From positions 383,346,001 to 383,410,000 of the forward strand of contig OZ024741.1 of the NCBI GenBank assembly GCA_964016885.1: a stretch of 64,000 nt of DNA. Direction: 5' to 3'. The stretch's first letter is position 1; each line of letters begins with the position of its first letter. This DNA comes from Eledone cirrhosa (Eukaryota). The position numbers and the translations under genes were made by a program. Of this stretch, positions 26,498-40,344 are shown one piece after another. The notes beneath the pieces are model-generated. The model searched no databases and was not told where the DNA came from. It was given only the letters and a program-made list of their open reading frames with translations.

Positions 26498-29400
26498 TAC
26501 AGCGTGATAATGCCACACAAGAGCCACGTGGAGAGACGCGACCACCGGAGACGGTGAATCCACCGGTGGTTATGTAACCATACATTCGCCAATCCTCGAT
26601 AAGAGTGTTTAAATGTCGAACCTAAACAGTTCGAATAACGGTGAAATGGAGACTAGAACGTCATGTGACAGACTCTCACCCAACAGGTGCCCCCTGGCTC
26701 AGCAGCAGGGACCTGGCTGTCAACCAAATACTGCTGGTGACGGAGGAAGAAGAAGAAGGAAAGGGACCAGAACCAACTGGACGAAAGAATTGAATAGAAC
26801 TGTTATGCAATGTTACCTGAAAAGTAACCCCAAGGAGAGGGGCTATAGGAAACGGATGCATAACATCTGGAACGAGATTGGTCTATTTAAATAAATGAAA
26901 AAAAATTGGCCGGGCAGGCTCGGGTAATAAGAACTAATGGGTGGATAAGCGAGCTGGAACTGGAGGAACTGAGCAGAGAGATTAGCTTGGAGATGGAGGG
27001 TGGAGTATGCCAGGCAGACGAACCAGTGGGAAATGAAGGTGAAGAGGTCGAGAGAACGGAGGAACCACCCGAAGCAGAAAATGATCTGAATACTGAGATA
27101 AATAATACCTGGAACAGAGATAAGGCCACTGAGGAGAAATGCTGACGGGCTAGGACAAGATTTGGTTGACATCCTAAATTTAGTGGTAGATGAATTGAAC
27201 AATGATAGTGGGAGACCTATGAACCTAAGATTTGTAGACAGGAAAAAGTTAAAAGAAACAACAGCTAAGGTAAACAAAGTCATCCCATACCTTGAGGCGA
27301 GGAGCCTTCACCAGTGCAACAATATCCTCAAAGCAACAGCAAATACGGTGAGGAAACTACTTGGTATAAAAGCGAGAGGAAACAACAGACAAGAAAGAGC
27401 AGAGCCTTGGTGGAAGAAACGACTAAGTGGTCAAATCAGGGAAATGAGAAATGACATTGGAAAGCTTGAGTCCCTACTGAATGGGACACTAAAAAAACAT
27501 AGACACTAAAAATGGACTGGAAATAAAGTACAAAACTAGGAGGAAAAAGCTAAATATTATCATAGAGGAACTGAAGCAACGCATTGTAGCAAAGAGTGCA
27601 AAAATCAGGCGATACGAGAACAGAGTCAGTCAGTATAAACAGAACCGCATGTTCGACAACAACCAGAAGATGCTGTTTGGACAGCTTGAGGGGAAAGAAA
27701 GAGGCAACGACTTGATCCCTGAGGCGGAACAAACTAAAACATTCTGGAGAGGAATATGGGAGCAGGATGTTAGACATAATGACCAGGCAGTGTGGATTGA
27801 GACAGTAGAGAAGGAGATCGGTGAACAGGCACACCAACAAACTGATTTGAGTATCACAGTTGAAACTTTTAAGGGGCAGGCCAAAAATCTAACCAACTGG
27901 AAATCACCAGGCCCAGATGGTGTGCAGGGATATTGGATTAAAAATATAACATCCCTCCACCCGAAACTGACAACCATGTTCAATAATTGCTTGATGTCAG
28001 GTGAGGTACCAGAGTGGTTGACAAAAGGTACCACAGTTCTGGTAATGAAAGACCGAATCAAGGGTAATGATGTTACCAACTATACACCTATCACATGTCT
28101 GTCCGTAATGTGGAAACTGTTGACGAGCATTGTGTCTGAGGAAATCTACCATCACCTCCACACAAACAACTTGTTACCGGACGAACAGAAAGGATGCCGA
28201 AAGAAGTCACGTGGTACAAAGGACCAGTTACTTATTGATAAGATGGTAATGGGGAATTGCAGGAGGAGACACACTGAACTTGCCATGGGATGGATAGACT
28301 ACAGAAAGGCATTTGACATGGTGCCTCATTCTTGGATCACCAAAAGCCTGGAGATCTTCAAGGTGGCAGATAACATCAGGCAGTTGTTGGGCAAAAGTAT
28401 GAGGTCCTGGGAAACAGAGTTGACATCAACTGGAGTATCCTTGGGAAGCGTGAAGATCAAGAGAGGTATTTTCCAGGGAGATAGCCTGTCCCCTCTGTTG
28501 TTTGTCCTTGCCCTGATGCCCCTGACCAGTGTACTGCGAAAAGGGAGAGCAGGATACAGGTTGGGAAAGGGAGGGCTTACCATCAATCACCTCCTCTTCA
28601 TGGACGATCTTAAGCTCTTCGGGAAGAGTGAGAAGGAGTTGGATGTGCTTGTTGACACTCTCCGTATTTTCAGCAGTGATATATGTATGCAATTTGGTAT
28701 TAGTAAGTGTGGAGTCATTGTGATGAGGAGGGGTAGGTTGAGCAGAAGTAACGGAATCCAGATACCAACAGGTGAGATGATAAAGGAAATTGACTCTGAG
28801 GAAGGATACAAGTATTTGGGCGTTCTGGAGGCTGATGGCATAAAGAACAAAAAAATGAAGGAATTGTTAAGAACTGAATACATTCGGAGAGTAAGGAGCG
28901 TATTGAAGTCACATCTGAACAGCAGAAATGCCATAAGCGCAGTAAATTCCCGAGCTGTGTCTATTATTAGGTACAGTGCGGGAATTCTGAGATGGAATGT
29001 TGCTGAACAAAAAGAAATGGATAGGAACACTAGGAAGCTATTGACTATCTACAACATGTTCCACAAGAGGAGTGATGTCGATAGACTCTACTTAAGGAGA
29101 TCTGAGGGTGGAAGAGGTCTTATCAGCATAGAGGACTGTGTTCAGATGGAGAAAAACAACCTACACAAATACGTGACTGATAGTAAGGAGCCAATGCTCA
29201 GAACTGTACTGAAGGAGGGGACAATAGGCCAGGGGATGTCGAAGGAGGAAATAACATCAAGGAGAAAGAGAAGCCTTCAGGAAAAATCCCTTCATAGTAC
29301 CTTCTTTGAGAAAACTGAATTTAGAGATCCACAGACATGGAACTGGTTGAGAAGAGGAGACCTTAAAAAGGCTACAGAAGGAATGTTAATGGCTGTGCAG

Positions 29401-30140
29401 GAGCAGGCCTTCAAAACGAAGTGGTTGAAACACCATATTTACAAGGAGGAGGCTAGCCCACTGTGCAGGATCTGTGGAGAGAGAGAGGAGACTGTGGCTC
29501 ACATTGATTCCGAGTGTAAACACCTAGCCCAGACCCACTATAAGGGCTGGAGACATGATGTGATGGGCAGAGTGATCCACTGGCACCTGTGCAAAGTAAA
29601 CAATTTACCACATTCTGAGAAATGGTATGAGCATAAGCCAGAGGCGGTGATAGAGAACGACTAGGTGAAGGTGCTGTGGGATTTTAGGATACAGACGGAC
29701 AAGAAACTGGAACACAATAGACCTGACCTGGTTGTTGTGGACAAAGAAAAAAGATCGTGCCTCATTGTGGATGTGGCCTGCCCATTCGACACGAGAGTGC
29801 AAGAGAAGAAGAGGGAGAAAATTAACCGATACCAGGACTTAAAGTGGGAGGTAAAAAGGATTTGGAACTGCCATGAAGTCAAAGTGATCCCGATTGTCAT
29901 AGGCGCACTGGGGACTATCTCCAAAAGTTTCCAGGGATGGTTAAAGAAAATCGGCCCCTTCACGCTTTTTGGAACACTTCAAAAGGCATGCTTGCTGGGA
30001 ACAGCAAGAACCCTCCGATACGTCCTGAATATCTGAGGATGCAGGTAGTGGCTTGATATTCATTCCAACAAACTTTCCAGTTAACTAACATCAATGACTG
30101 AGACTCAAGGAGTAATAACAATAATAATAATAATAATAAT
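26498..30140 (+). mobile_element. Near full-length R4/Dong-like RLE LINE with disabling mutations
   Basis: RTNWTKELNRTVMQCY; WKSPGPDG, GIFQGDSLSP, LLFMDD, YKYLG; CRIC..ETVAH..SEC, RHD, RPDLVV..D..K..RY. Stops/frameshifts at ~26894, 27145, 27509 and 29664; (AAT)n tail. Confidence 0.95.
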
Positions 30141-30427
30141 TTCTTTATTGGCCACAAGGGCTGACATCAAGAAAAACATCACAGACGGAACAGGACGGTA
30201 CGATGTGGGTTTTGTGCGTGTAAATATTTTTATTATTTATATAAGAAAAGAAAAAAAGACATAAAACATATATATATATATAAACAATAAAATGAAAATT
30301 GAAACAATGAAAAATTCCCCAATAGGGGGGAAACCAAAGGGTTATTCGTCGCTAAAACCACACAAAAGACCACGGCCACACTGACTACCAAGGCAAGCGC
30401 CCTCTCTCAATTTTTCCATCTATCAAA

Positions 30428-33400
30428 CTACAGACGTATATTCAGAGTGGTCCCGTTCAGTCGGACCATTCTCGCTACATTCACCCATCTTTCAACAAAC
30501 TTGCTAGAAACAGCACTTGCCTCCTCACCCTGATTTTCCTCTTCAAGTGAAACTTGAAAAAGTTAATTAGGGATTCACCGAAGAGGAAAGTGTTTGTCTT
30601 TAATCCTTTTAACCTTGTCCACCACACAATCTCTTTCGCCATGGCCACCAGGCAGATGAAAACCGCCTGCCCTTCCTCCTCGAAGGAAGACGGCGAGACC
30701 ATCTGCACAATGGACTCAGTCGACAACCGGATCAGTCCCACACGCGACAGCAACTGTTTGACATTGCTCCACAAGTCAGCAATGCTCGGGCACTGAACGA
30801 GTGCGTGCACAACGGTTTCGTCGCTATGCGCGCATCTCGGACAGGCTCGGCTGACGGCACTTCCGTGCCTGTAGAGTTTGTCTCGAACCGGCAGCGCTCC
30901 CCGGTAGCACTGCCAGGCCAGGTATTTTTGGAGGTTATCCATAGGCCCCGGGCTGAAAGTTCTCCGGAAGAGAGCAATCAGCTGATCTTCTTCGACGCCC
31001 AGGATCTCTCCGAGAATGTCGTCGCTCTTCCCCTCCACTAGTCCTCTATAGAACGCCGAGGTGGATGTTCCACCGATACTGGTGCCTAACCGAGAGAGGG
31101 CAGAGAGCACCTGGAGACATTCCAGTTTCCAAGCGCTATCCCTCGGTCTTTTTCTGACCCACGACTGCAGCTCCGTCAAGGAGACGAGCTGTGGGAAAAT
31201 GTGCCGTGCGAACGGCTACCACACCCGTTCACCATCATGGAAGCACCAGAGATGTCGCAGCCTCAGCGCATGTTTGCGCATCATCAGCCATGGCATGCCC
31301 AGTCCTCCACGCAACGGGTGTTGATAGCAGATGGATCGTCTGACCATGGGAGTGCGTCCCTTCAACAAAACGCGGAAGAGGAGACGCTCCATTTTGGTGA
31401 GAGTTGGGCTGGAGCAAGGGACGACGGTGAGCCGGTAGCAGATGACGGATGCGATGTACGCATTCGCCACTTCCGCCCGGCCTTTCAGGGACAGCTTCCT
31501 CTCAGCCCATTTCTGGGTGAGGGTGGCCACCCGCTCGTCACCTCGTTCCAGTGTTTCTCCATCTGGAGGTCCGGTCCGAACCAGACCCCGAGCAATTTAA
31601 CCGGTCCGTCCGTCCAACGCCCCACAACGCTGTCGGATGGCATGGACTTGCCTCTCCAGGTGCCTAGCTGCAAGCCCACCGACTTTTCCTGGTTTATCTT
31701 TGCTCCTGTCACCGCTTCGTATTCCTTGAGAGCGGTGCCGAGCATCTGGACGTGTCTGGTGCTCGACACCACCACGGTGACGTCGTCTGCGTAAGCCGAC
31801 TCGGATTTCCCGCATCCTAGTTCGCGTGGGACGCCCCTCATGGCCCTCAGTTTCTGCAGTAACGGCTCGAGAGCCAATACGTAAAAGAGGGACGAGAGGG
31901 GACAACCCTGGCGGACTGAGCGCATGATACTGAACGGCTGCGACAGGTGACCGTTCACCCTCACAACTGAGCAAATGTCGCTGTACATTGCTGCGATCCA
32001 ACGCCTGAAAACGGGCCCGAAACCGGCTGCCTCGAGGACCGCCGCCAGGTACCGATGGTCGACCCTATCGAATGCTTTGGATTGATCCAAGTTGATAAGG
32101 GCCCCACCCTTGCATGGTTCCTTAACCACCCTCTCTATGATGTATCGCATGAGGTGGAGGTTGTGGTGTATGGAACTGTCCGGAATGGCGCATGTCTGCG
32201 CCTCTCCCACCAGACCCTTGACGACAAGCGCCAACCTCGTTGCTAACACTTTGGCCAAAATCTTGAACTCTGCGTTAAGCAGGGTTATGGGCCTGAAATT
32301 ATCAATAACAACCCCTTGTTCGGGTCTTTTCTCAGCAGCGCCACTGCTCCCCGGCTCACAAAACTGGGAATGCTCCCGTTCTGCTGCCAGTTGCAGTAGA
32401 CGTCTGTCAAGAGGTCACCGATCAAGTCTGGCATCAATGCATAAAGCTCGTAGGGCAGACCATCTAAACCTGGCGATTTACCTCTTGTGCAGATAGCCAT
32501 CGCTTCCCGTATTTCACCGGCTGTTATTGGCTTTTCGCAACACTGTCCATGCCCCGATCGGGGCCGCTGCCGCTCCCGAACAGTTCAGCAAAGTGCTGCT
32601 GAAAAGCTTCACACATCCGCTCGGGTTCGAGCATCACGCACCCGTTTTGGTCAGGCAAAGACCGAATTGTGGCTTTGTTGCCACGTCGCGCCTCTACCAC
32701 CCGGGCCCATTGGACGGCTTTTGTCCCCTCGTGTTTCAGAGCACGCGCTCTAGCTCTGACAACGCAGCCTTCGTGTTTTGCGCTGAAGAATTGGTCGAGT
32801 GCCAATCTCGCCGAAAGCACGTCGGTTGCGATGCCTGTCCTAAACGCCTCTTCTAGCTTTCTGACTACCTCTCCCTCTACTCTATTTTCCTCTATCACTA
32901 CTCCTTTACTAAACCTAATCGACTCTACTTTAATTGCCCTTTTCAGGGCGAACCACCACCTGTTGTTGACGACCGCTCCCGTCAACGCCCCCTTAATTAA
33001 TACGCTAATCCGGTCTCTGTAGGCCTTGCGCGCCGGGAAAGACGCGTTCAGCTTCCAGTAACCAAGCCCTTGTCTATGAAGTCTGTCTATGTCAATCTCA
33101 CAGATCACAAATTTGTGGTCTGTGTAGTCGACTATTTTAAATTGTGGACAACTTAAACTAGCCTTATCTAGTTCCCTGCAGAATACCCTATCTAGATACG
33201 ATCTGGATGACCCGATGCAGTTTGTCCATGTCCACATTGGCATATTCGGGTGATCCAGTCGATACCTGTCAGACAGTTCAAAACGTCTGAGCAGGTTGGT
33301 GAGGCTCTTGCACCCTCCTCCCCTATCCACCAGCCCCACACGATCCCAGCGTGCATCCAAGATACCGTTCCAGTCGCCCACTAACACTAAAGAGCGGGAC

Positions 33401-33794
33401 GTTCCAAGAAAGGTCTCTAGACGTCTGAAGAAATCAGACCGTCCTGCCCCTGCTGGGGCGTAGACGGCTACTAGCCTGAAAGCATTGCCTTCGCTGCCGG
33501 GCACGTCCAGCACCACCGACTTACCTTCTGGGTCCAGGAAGATGGCCCGTATCGCGAGATCCAAGCCTCTTCGTAAAAGGACGGCAACCCCTCCCCCGAT
33601 CCTGGACGGCTGGGAGATGCGTATACATCGTAGCCGCCGAAGATCGGTGCGAAGGCCCGTGCCTCGGAGATTCTGGTTTCACTGATGGCCACCACATCTA
33701 TGTTTAGTGATCTGAGGTCATTGAGAAGGTGACCCTGCTTCCAAGATGACCCCAGGCCACGTGCATTTATACTGCCTATTCTGAGTACAGCCAT
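30428..33794 (-). pseudogene. Tx1 ORF2 (APE endonuclease + RT + C-terminal zinc finger), frameshifted
   Basis: IGSINARGL, VGDWNG, YLDRV, TDHK; KSPGLDGLP, DQSKAFDRV, VRQGCPLS, SAYADD; CPRC..ETVVHALVQC. Confidence 0.95.
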
Positions 33795-33826
33795 GTTGGA
33801 TGAGAAACAGAGCAAATGAGAAAGGG

Positions 33827-35894
33827 TCACTTACCTTGTTCGTGTGGTGAAGGGACAGTAGAACCTTCCCTTTCGCTGGTCATGGGTGTTTCCAAGAGGA
33901 TGTCAGTGTATATCCTCTTGGTAACCGTACCTCTGAATTCTCCAACTGCGTTGGGGAATTTTTGTTTTAAAGGTTTGTACTGTTCTATTGAGATTTCGAT
34001 GATGCTTATGTTTGTGGGGAGAGTTCTTGGTGTTGGTGGGGTGTATGGGTTTTTTCCGTGATGTCTGTGTGCTGCTTTATATATTTTATGAGTTCTTTTT
34101 TTGCTGTGTTTATGGCCGTGTACTTTTTTGGGGGAGGGGGGATTTTGTTGCCGTTTTCTTCTTGTTGCTGTTTGGTGTGTGTGTCTTGTTGTGTTTGCGT
34201 TGTTGGTGTTTGTGGTGGTGTTGCTGCAAGTTTCCTTGCTGCCTTTACCCCTCTTTGTATGCCTTCGCTTTTGGAGGGTGAATCTAAGTTTTTTTTTGTT
34301 TTATGTTTTTTGTTTTTTTGTGGCAGACTGTTTGCCACATCACTCCCGCCTCAAACTCCATATCGGATTCTGTGGCGTCTGGGAGGGGTATGTGCTCCAA
34401 GGCTGTTGGTGGTGGTAGTGGATCCCTCTTCGGCAATTTTGTTGCTGGTGTAGCTATTTCAAATGTAGCTATTGGTGTTGCCGCTACTGATGCTGCTGCT
34501 TTAGTTATCCGTGGCCTTGGGACAGGTGTTACGGACGTTGCCCTCCTACTCACCGTGGAAGGGGCTTCTTCGTTTGTTGCCTGTCCTGCTCTTGGTAGCA
34601 GCGGACTAGGTATTGGAAGGAGAGGGGCCCTCTTGGGTGTCTTCTGCGGGCAAAAGGCCCTGAGGTGACCTTTCGACCCACAGAGATAACATTTTGGCCG
34701 TCTTCCTTCTACACTTATAGGGAGTTGGAGTCCTTCCTCGAAGTCTATGATATCGGGGATAGCCTCGATACATTCCTGGTCAGCTTGTATAAGCATTTTC
34801 ATGCCTATACCTGACCAGTTTTCTCTCCCTATTTTTTCTACTTGCAGCATGGTCGCCCTGTTCTCAATTCCAGCAAGGACAGACGCGGCCAGCCAAGGTA
34901 TGGGCACGTCGGGTGGGACCTGGGTTATTTTGACCCTCACAGTTTTCTGCCCGCAGTAGGAGGGCACCAAGACTAACTCCTCACTCTTTAGGGTTTCCAA
35001 AGAGTGAGACTTTGCTTCCTGGGGGGTGGCGAAAAGTACGTCTACTGTGGCGTACTTTCTGCCTCGGGTGACGTGGGTTTTGCGTGCCCAGACGCACCCC
35101 AAGGCCTTTTGGATTTGAGCCTCCGTGGCTCTCTCCACTCGATGTGAGATTTTGCTTACGGTGTGGTAAGTCACCGTCCGTAGCTGCTGGTCCTTGAAAA
35201 AATCGGGTGGAGGTTTCAGGGAAACTCTATTTGCGCTTCTTGTCACCATGGCCCTTGCGACTGCCATCTCCTCCTCTGTGACTAACACTGTCTCGATATT
35301 TCGGGAGATACCTGCAAAAGAAGTGGTCCCTTTTTCAGCAGCACCACTATTGCTGCCGCTACTGGTCTTACTGGTGGTGCTGAGGTCGCTATTACAGGTA
35401 TCGGTGTCATTGTTGTTCTTTACGCTGGTACAGTTGTTGGTGTTGTTTTCGTTGATACTGTTGCTGCTGTTACTGTTATTGTGGCTGTTGTTATTATTGT
35501 TGTTTTTGTTGATACTGTTCCTACTATTATTGTTGTTGTGGCTGTTGTTATTGTCATTGTTATTGTCGTTCTCGACCTTACCGCTGTTATTTTTGTTATT
35601 GTCGTTCTCGACCTTACCGCTGTTATTTTTGTTATTGTCGCTCTCGACTTTACCGCTGTTATTGTTGGTGTTGTTGTTGGTGATGTTGTTGGTGTTATTG
35701 TTGGTGTTGTTTGTGTTAGAAATATTTGGTAATTTTAAATCTGTAACGATCTTTTTTTCCTTTGTAATATTTTCGTTTATATTTACCTCCGCTGGAACGC
35801 TGTCTTGTTGACATGCTGATAAAGTCTCCCTCTCTCTGTGTTGTCTGACAGTGCTCTCTCTCTTTCTTGTGTTATCCATGTTGAAATTTTTCAA
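33827..35894 (-). pseudogene. Tx1 ORF1 (Asn-rich N-terminus, zinc knuckle), frameshifted near the C-terminus
   Basis: VEGRRPKCYLCGSKGHLRAFC; homologous to 60270-61862; the distal frame ends ..PHEQGK* at 33827. Confidence 0.85.
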
Positions 35895-36115
35895 AAAAAA
35901 ATATTTTTACACAAATACGAATACGACACCCCGTAAAGGGGTGCCGTATTATTTACTAGTGAACCCCTGTATTAGGTGGGTCACTCCTTCTAAACTTTTA
36001 TCAAATTTCAAACTGGAATAAAAGGTTTAGAACGGTTGAAAAGAGGTAAAACGTTGAAAAAGACTGGAGGCGATAAGAAGCGTGGCTTCACCAACAATAA
36101 TAATAATAATAATAA

Positions 36116-36433
36116 TTGTTTCTACTTTAGGCACAAGGCCAGCAATTACCCAGTTCATTACTGGTACTTTATTTTATCGACCCCATTAGGATGAAAGGCA
36201 AAGTTAACCTCGGCGGGATTTGAACTCAGATCGTATAATAATAATGATAATAATAATTGTTTTTACTTTAGGCACAAGGCCAGAAATTACCCAGTGTATT
36301 ACTGGTACTTTATTTTATCGACGCCGTAAAGATGAAAGGCAAAGTAAACCTCGGCGGGATTTGAACTCAGACTGTAAAGGGAGGTAACTATGCTGGAAAG
36401 CATGGTGTCCGACTCTCTATCGATACTGCCAAT
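36116..36433 (-). mobile_element. Head-to-tail dimer of Meta-domain-like SINEs
   Basis: Copies at 36116-36232 and 36257-36433, each with an (ATT)n tail; reverse complement of 47575-47762. Confidence 0.85.
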
Positions 36434-38428
36434 AATGTTTCACTATAATTCACCAGGAATACGACATGAAAAAGAATCGTTTTTCTTTGTTTTGTTTTTA
36501 TTTTGAAGTAATGGTGCAATAAGATATAATATAAATTACGAAACAATCTTCAAAAGATGTTTAATGAATATAGCCGTAAACAACTTCGTATTAATCTAAA
36601 GTGAGAAATCATGTAAACATCAAAAACAGACATTTGAATATAACCAAAGAATGTTTTGTTTCACGCCTTTGTTTTAAATGAAAAGTAATAAAGCGTTAAT
36701 AATTAGAAAGCATTATTAGATAATCTGTCCCTGAAGGGTAAACTGTTCTTATCTTTAAATACATTTTAAAGGCCGAATTATACATCTGCAATTTAGAAAG
36801 GAAATTTGAGCGTATTCTTGAATCTTTCTCTTTAGGAATAAGAATTTAAATAATTTAGGGAAATAAATGAATTGCAATGACAATAATAATTCGTTACATG
36901 TTCATTGCGTTTCTTGAGGAAAAAAAAGAGTTGTTTTGTAATAATATTTTATAAAAGAAGTAAAGCACTTATGCGTATTTTTATACTTTAAAATTGTATT
37001 TTATAGTTTCACATATAACTAGACGGTAAGTTGTTGTTTGTGTTATCATCTTACAAGATCACCTGGAGGCTTTTTATTTCTATATTTATGAGATTTACGT
37101 AATTCTCTGTCACTATTTCTCTTCCATCATTGTTCATTATGTCACTCTGATCTTTTCTGAATCACAAGGATCTCTTTTACAATCGCATACTTTTCTTTTG
37201 GAAACACTCCCTAATCATAATGTTGTACGAAAAACCATGAACACTATTTAGGTCTCCATGTATGTACATTGCTATTTACTAGTCTCACTATAATATATAG
37301 GGGTCCAATTCACATTCCGTTATAGTTTGAAATTCGCACATTATAAAACGTTTCTTTCGTAAGCATATATATTCATTTTTTAACAGCAGTAATATAATTG
37401 AATAAGATAATGTACAATACAGCAACATTTTGAATACTTCCATGTGCGAACTAAAGAAATCAATTGTGCCCAGACGAAAATAACTAGTATTAATTTGGAG
37501 ATAATATCACCATATTATATCATAACCAAATTAGTAACTGACCAAAATAAGAGTTTTTTAATTAAGAGACGGTATTATTACCTACTAGTTTGCAAACTGA
37601 ATTCATACCAAGGATTTTAATATCTATGAACAGAAAAATAAGCCTCGAGATAAATCGTATTTTCTGAATGCAAACAACTTTCAGGAAAATTCTATTATAG
37701 ATTATACGTAGTTGTGTGTGTAAGCAATTTAATGTGAAAAGTTTTATAAGCAGAAAAACTTTAAATGCATAAAGATTTATATCAAGTTGAATTAATTAGA
37801 TCATTTGTAAGACTTTCAGTGCTCACACCTCAATAAAACTTACTTGTAGCGATACACCAACGTGGAAAAGATAAAATACAGTGGTTTAGGAGACAGAGGC
37901 TTAATATTTAGATTTTTATATTAATTGAAAGTAGTGAATGACAAACCACTAAACATTTTTATTACGCCAACTTTATGCTAACTAAATCAAATTAAACACG
38001 CTACTCTATAAGAGAAATGATTTCGTTTGTCCTGTGCTAAGCAATTCGCCTCCATTCCAATGCCTTCATCACTTATGCGACCTTTCTCTTCGGTATCTTG
38101 TTTAATTTGCTGATATAGTTACCTGTACGCGAATTTAGCTACTGGTGTTCTTCTCCTAATTTCTATTCGAATAATGTGTTCTATCTAACTAATTTCCTCT
38201 CATAAATTGATTTTATTCAATATTTTTTTCATTCTTGACACACCGTTGACAATATAAAGTCACTACAGTAAAATGAAATAGCAACATTCCGGATATATCT
38301 CCACATAAATACACAGGAAACTATGCACCTACTCATATACACAAATCTGCAAACACACACACACACACGTAGACACACGCGCGCAAGCGCGCTCAGACAC
38401 ATACAGAAAGTGAAAGAGAGTGAGAGAG

Positions 38429-38462
<34 letters not shown>

Positions 38463-38961
38463 TTGTGTATTTGTTAGACTTGTATTAAGAGATTAGAAAA
38501 CCGAAACCCACAGCACTATATATGTTTTATTCGCCACATCCCCGGATAGATAATGATAACAATTAATTTGATGTATGAAATTGCTATTTCATACATTTAT
38601 TAAGTAACTGTTGTTTATATTTCCGGATTTATATTGAACATGGCCATTTTGTCGTGCAATAAAATAAAGGAAAAAAACGCAAGAGCACAAATCAGTATAC
38701 AAAGACACAGAGAAACTAGCCAGATACATATTAAAGGCACACACATATCTAGACCTGGAAGGCATAATAATGAATAGGGAAATGAAAGAGGGAAATGTGA
38801 GATAAAAAACTTGAAAAACAGAGAGAAAAGAGGTAGAAATATTGTTCGAAGATATTTGAGTGAATGTATGATGGTATGTGTGTATATATTTACACACACA
38901 CACAAAATGTGATGTTATGTGTGTATATATTTATACACAGACGCAAAAGCTTGCATATGTG

Positions 38962-39156
38962 TGGGTGGTGCGACAAAAAAGCGCCCAGTCCACACTGTAG
39001 ATGTGGTTGGCGTTAGGAACAGCTTCCAGCCGTAGAAACCAAACCAAAATCAGTTCTGGATTAGCAAAATACGGTCATCTGATCAGGTTTGTCCCATAAA
39101 AGGATTACTCCTCTAACCCATGGTAGCGTAGAGAATTGGACGTTAAAAGATGATTA
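38962..39156 (+). mobile_element. SINE 3' portion (Nin/Deu-like domain with RTE-like tail)
   Basis: ggttggcgttaggaa..ccagccgtagaaacc and terminal ggacgttaaa.gatgat. Recognised from memory of cephalopod SINEs. Confidence 0.5.
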
Positions 39157-39242
39157 CACACACATATATATGTATATAGTAATTAAATATTTATGTATAT
39201 ATATATATACATAAATATATAAAAACTATATATATATATAAT

Positions 39243-39390
39243 TGTTTCTGCTTATGGTACTTTATTTCATCGACCACGTAAGGATGAAAGGTAGAGTTAA
39301 CCTCAGCGGGATGTGAACTCAATCCGTAAAGGGATGTAACTATGCTGCAAAGCATGACGTCCGACCCTCTACCGATACTGCCAATTCACC
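39243..39390 (-). mobile_element. Meta-domain-like SINE
   Basis: Homologous to 36257-36433. Confidence 0.8.
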
Positions 39391-39391
39391 A

Positions 39392-39597
<206 letters not shown>

Positions 39598-39628
39598 CAA
39601 TAATCAAAGTTCATTTTAAATCATTTAT

Positions 39629-39677
39629 TTGCTTACAATTGTTTCCTCCAAACCGAGGTTTGGATTCTTCGGAGCAA
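39629..39677 (-). ncRNA. Type I hammerhead, U4C variant
   Basis: Minus: ttgct CCGAAGA a-tccaaac-ctcg-gtttgga-g GAAAC AATT GTA agcaa, followed by AATAAA. Confidence 0.65.
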
Positions 39678-40344
39678 CTATTTACTGATCTATAACATAA
39701 TTGACCTCCTTTTCAACCCAAGAGACATATAAAACACAAGAGACATATAAAACATATGCGCATATTGATCAACAGTGGGTGACATTCATCAAATGATATA
39801 GCATGGCAATTTACATATAGAGGTTACAGGATGAAAATAAAAATAAAAATAAAAATAAAAACAATAATGAAAATAAATATAAACATGAAGCGTTGGCAGT
39901 CTATGAAGATAAAGCAAGAGGAAAGTTTAGAGTAGTCAGTGTATGAAACAATCTCACGTGTAGCATGCACGCGTGTCTTATTTATACATGATTAGAGTGC
40001 GTCAGAATGATATTTGCAGGGTCAGGCAGTTGAAGCAGGCAATCGATCTTATTATGTGGGCTGAATTATTAAGTCATTTATTCGCATACATCTGTATGAT
40101 ATACAGTCGCGGAAGCAGGGAAACACTAAAATATCAAAAACTCTCAACATATTATAAACCTTTTGTATCGTAGGCAAAACCGTACCACTGTCTTCGCTCA
40201 CACCACCACTCACATAATCCATGAGACGCAATATATAGAACACGTGTCTATCGTATAATTCACGATGGTTCAGCATATAATCAAGTTATAAAGCGTATCT
40301 TGACGGTTCTTAATTAATAGATCATGTTGTTTAGATTCCTATAT

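Larger units (their letters stand above)
30141..36092 (-). mobile_element. Full-length Tx1/L1-clade LINE, frameshifted, flanked by (AAT)n
   Basis: ORF1 with a CCHC knuckle; ORF2 APE-RT-CCHC; AATAAA at the 3' end; (AAT)n at 30112-30140 and 36096-36116. Confidence 0.95.

Noticed and set aside
22213-26612. HDV-like or twister ribozymes in the Dong 5' UTRs (22213-22376, 26498-26612)
   Set aside because: The required pseudoknots could not be built by eye; a covariance-model search would be needed.
35194-35811. Leu-rich membrane-like ORF (similarly 60168-60437)
   Set aside because: Antisense of the poly-Asn region of Tx1 ORF1.
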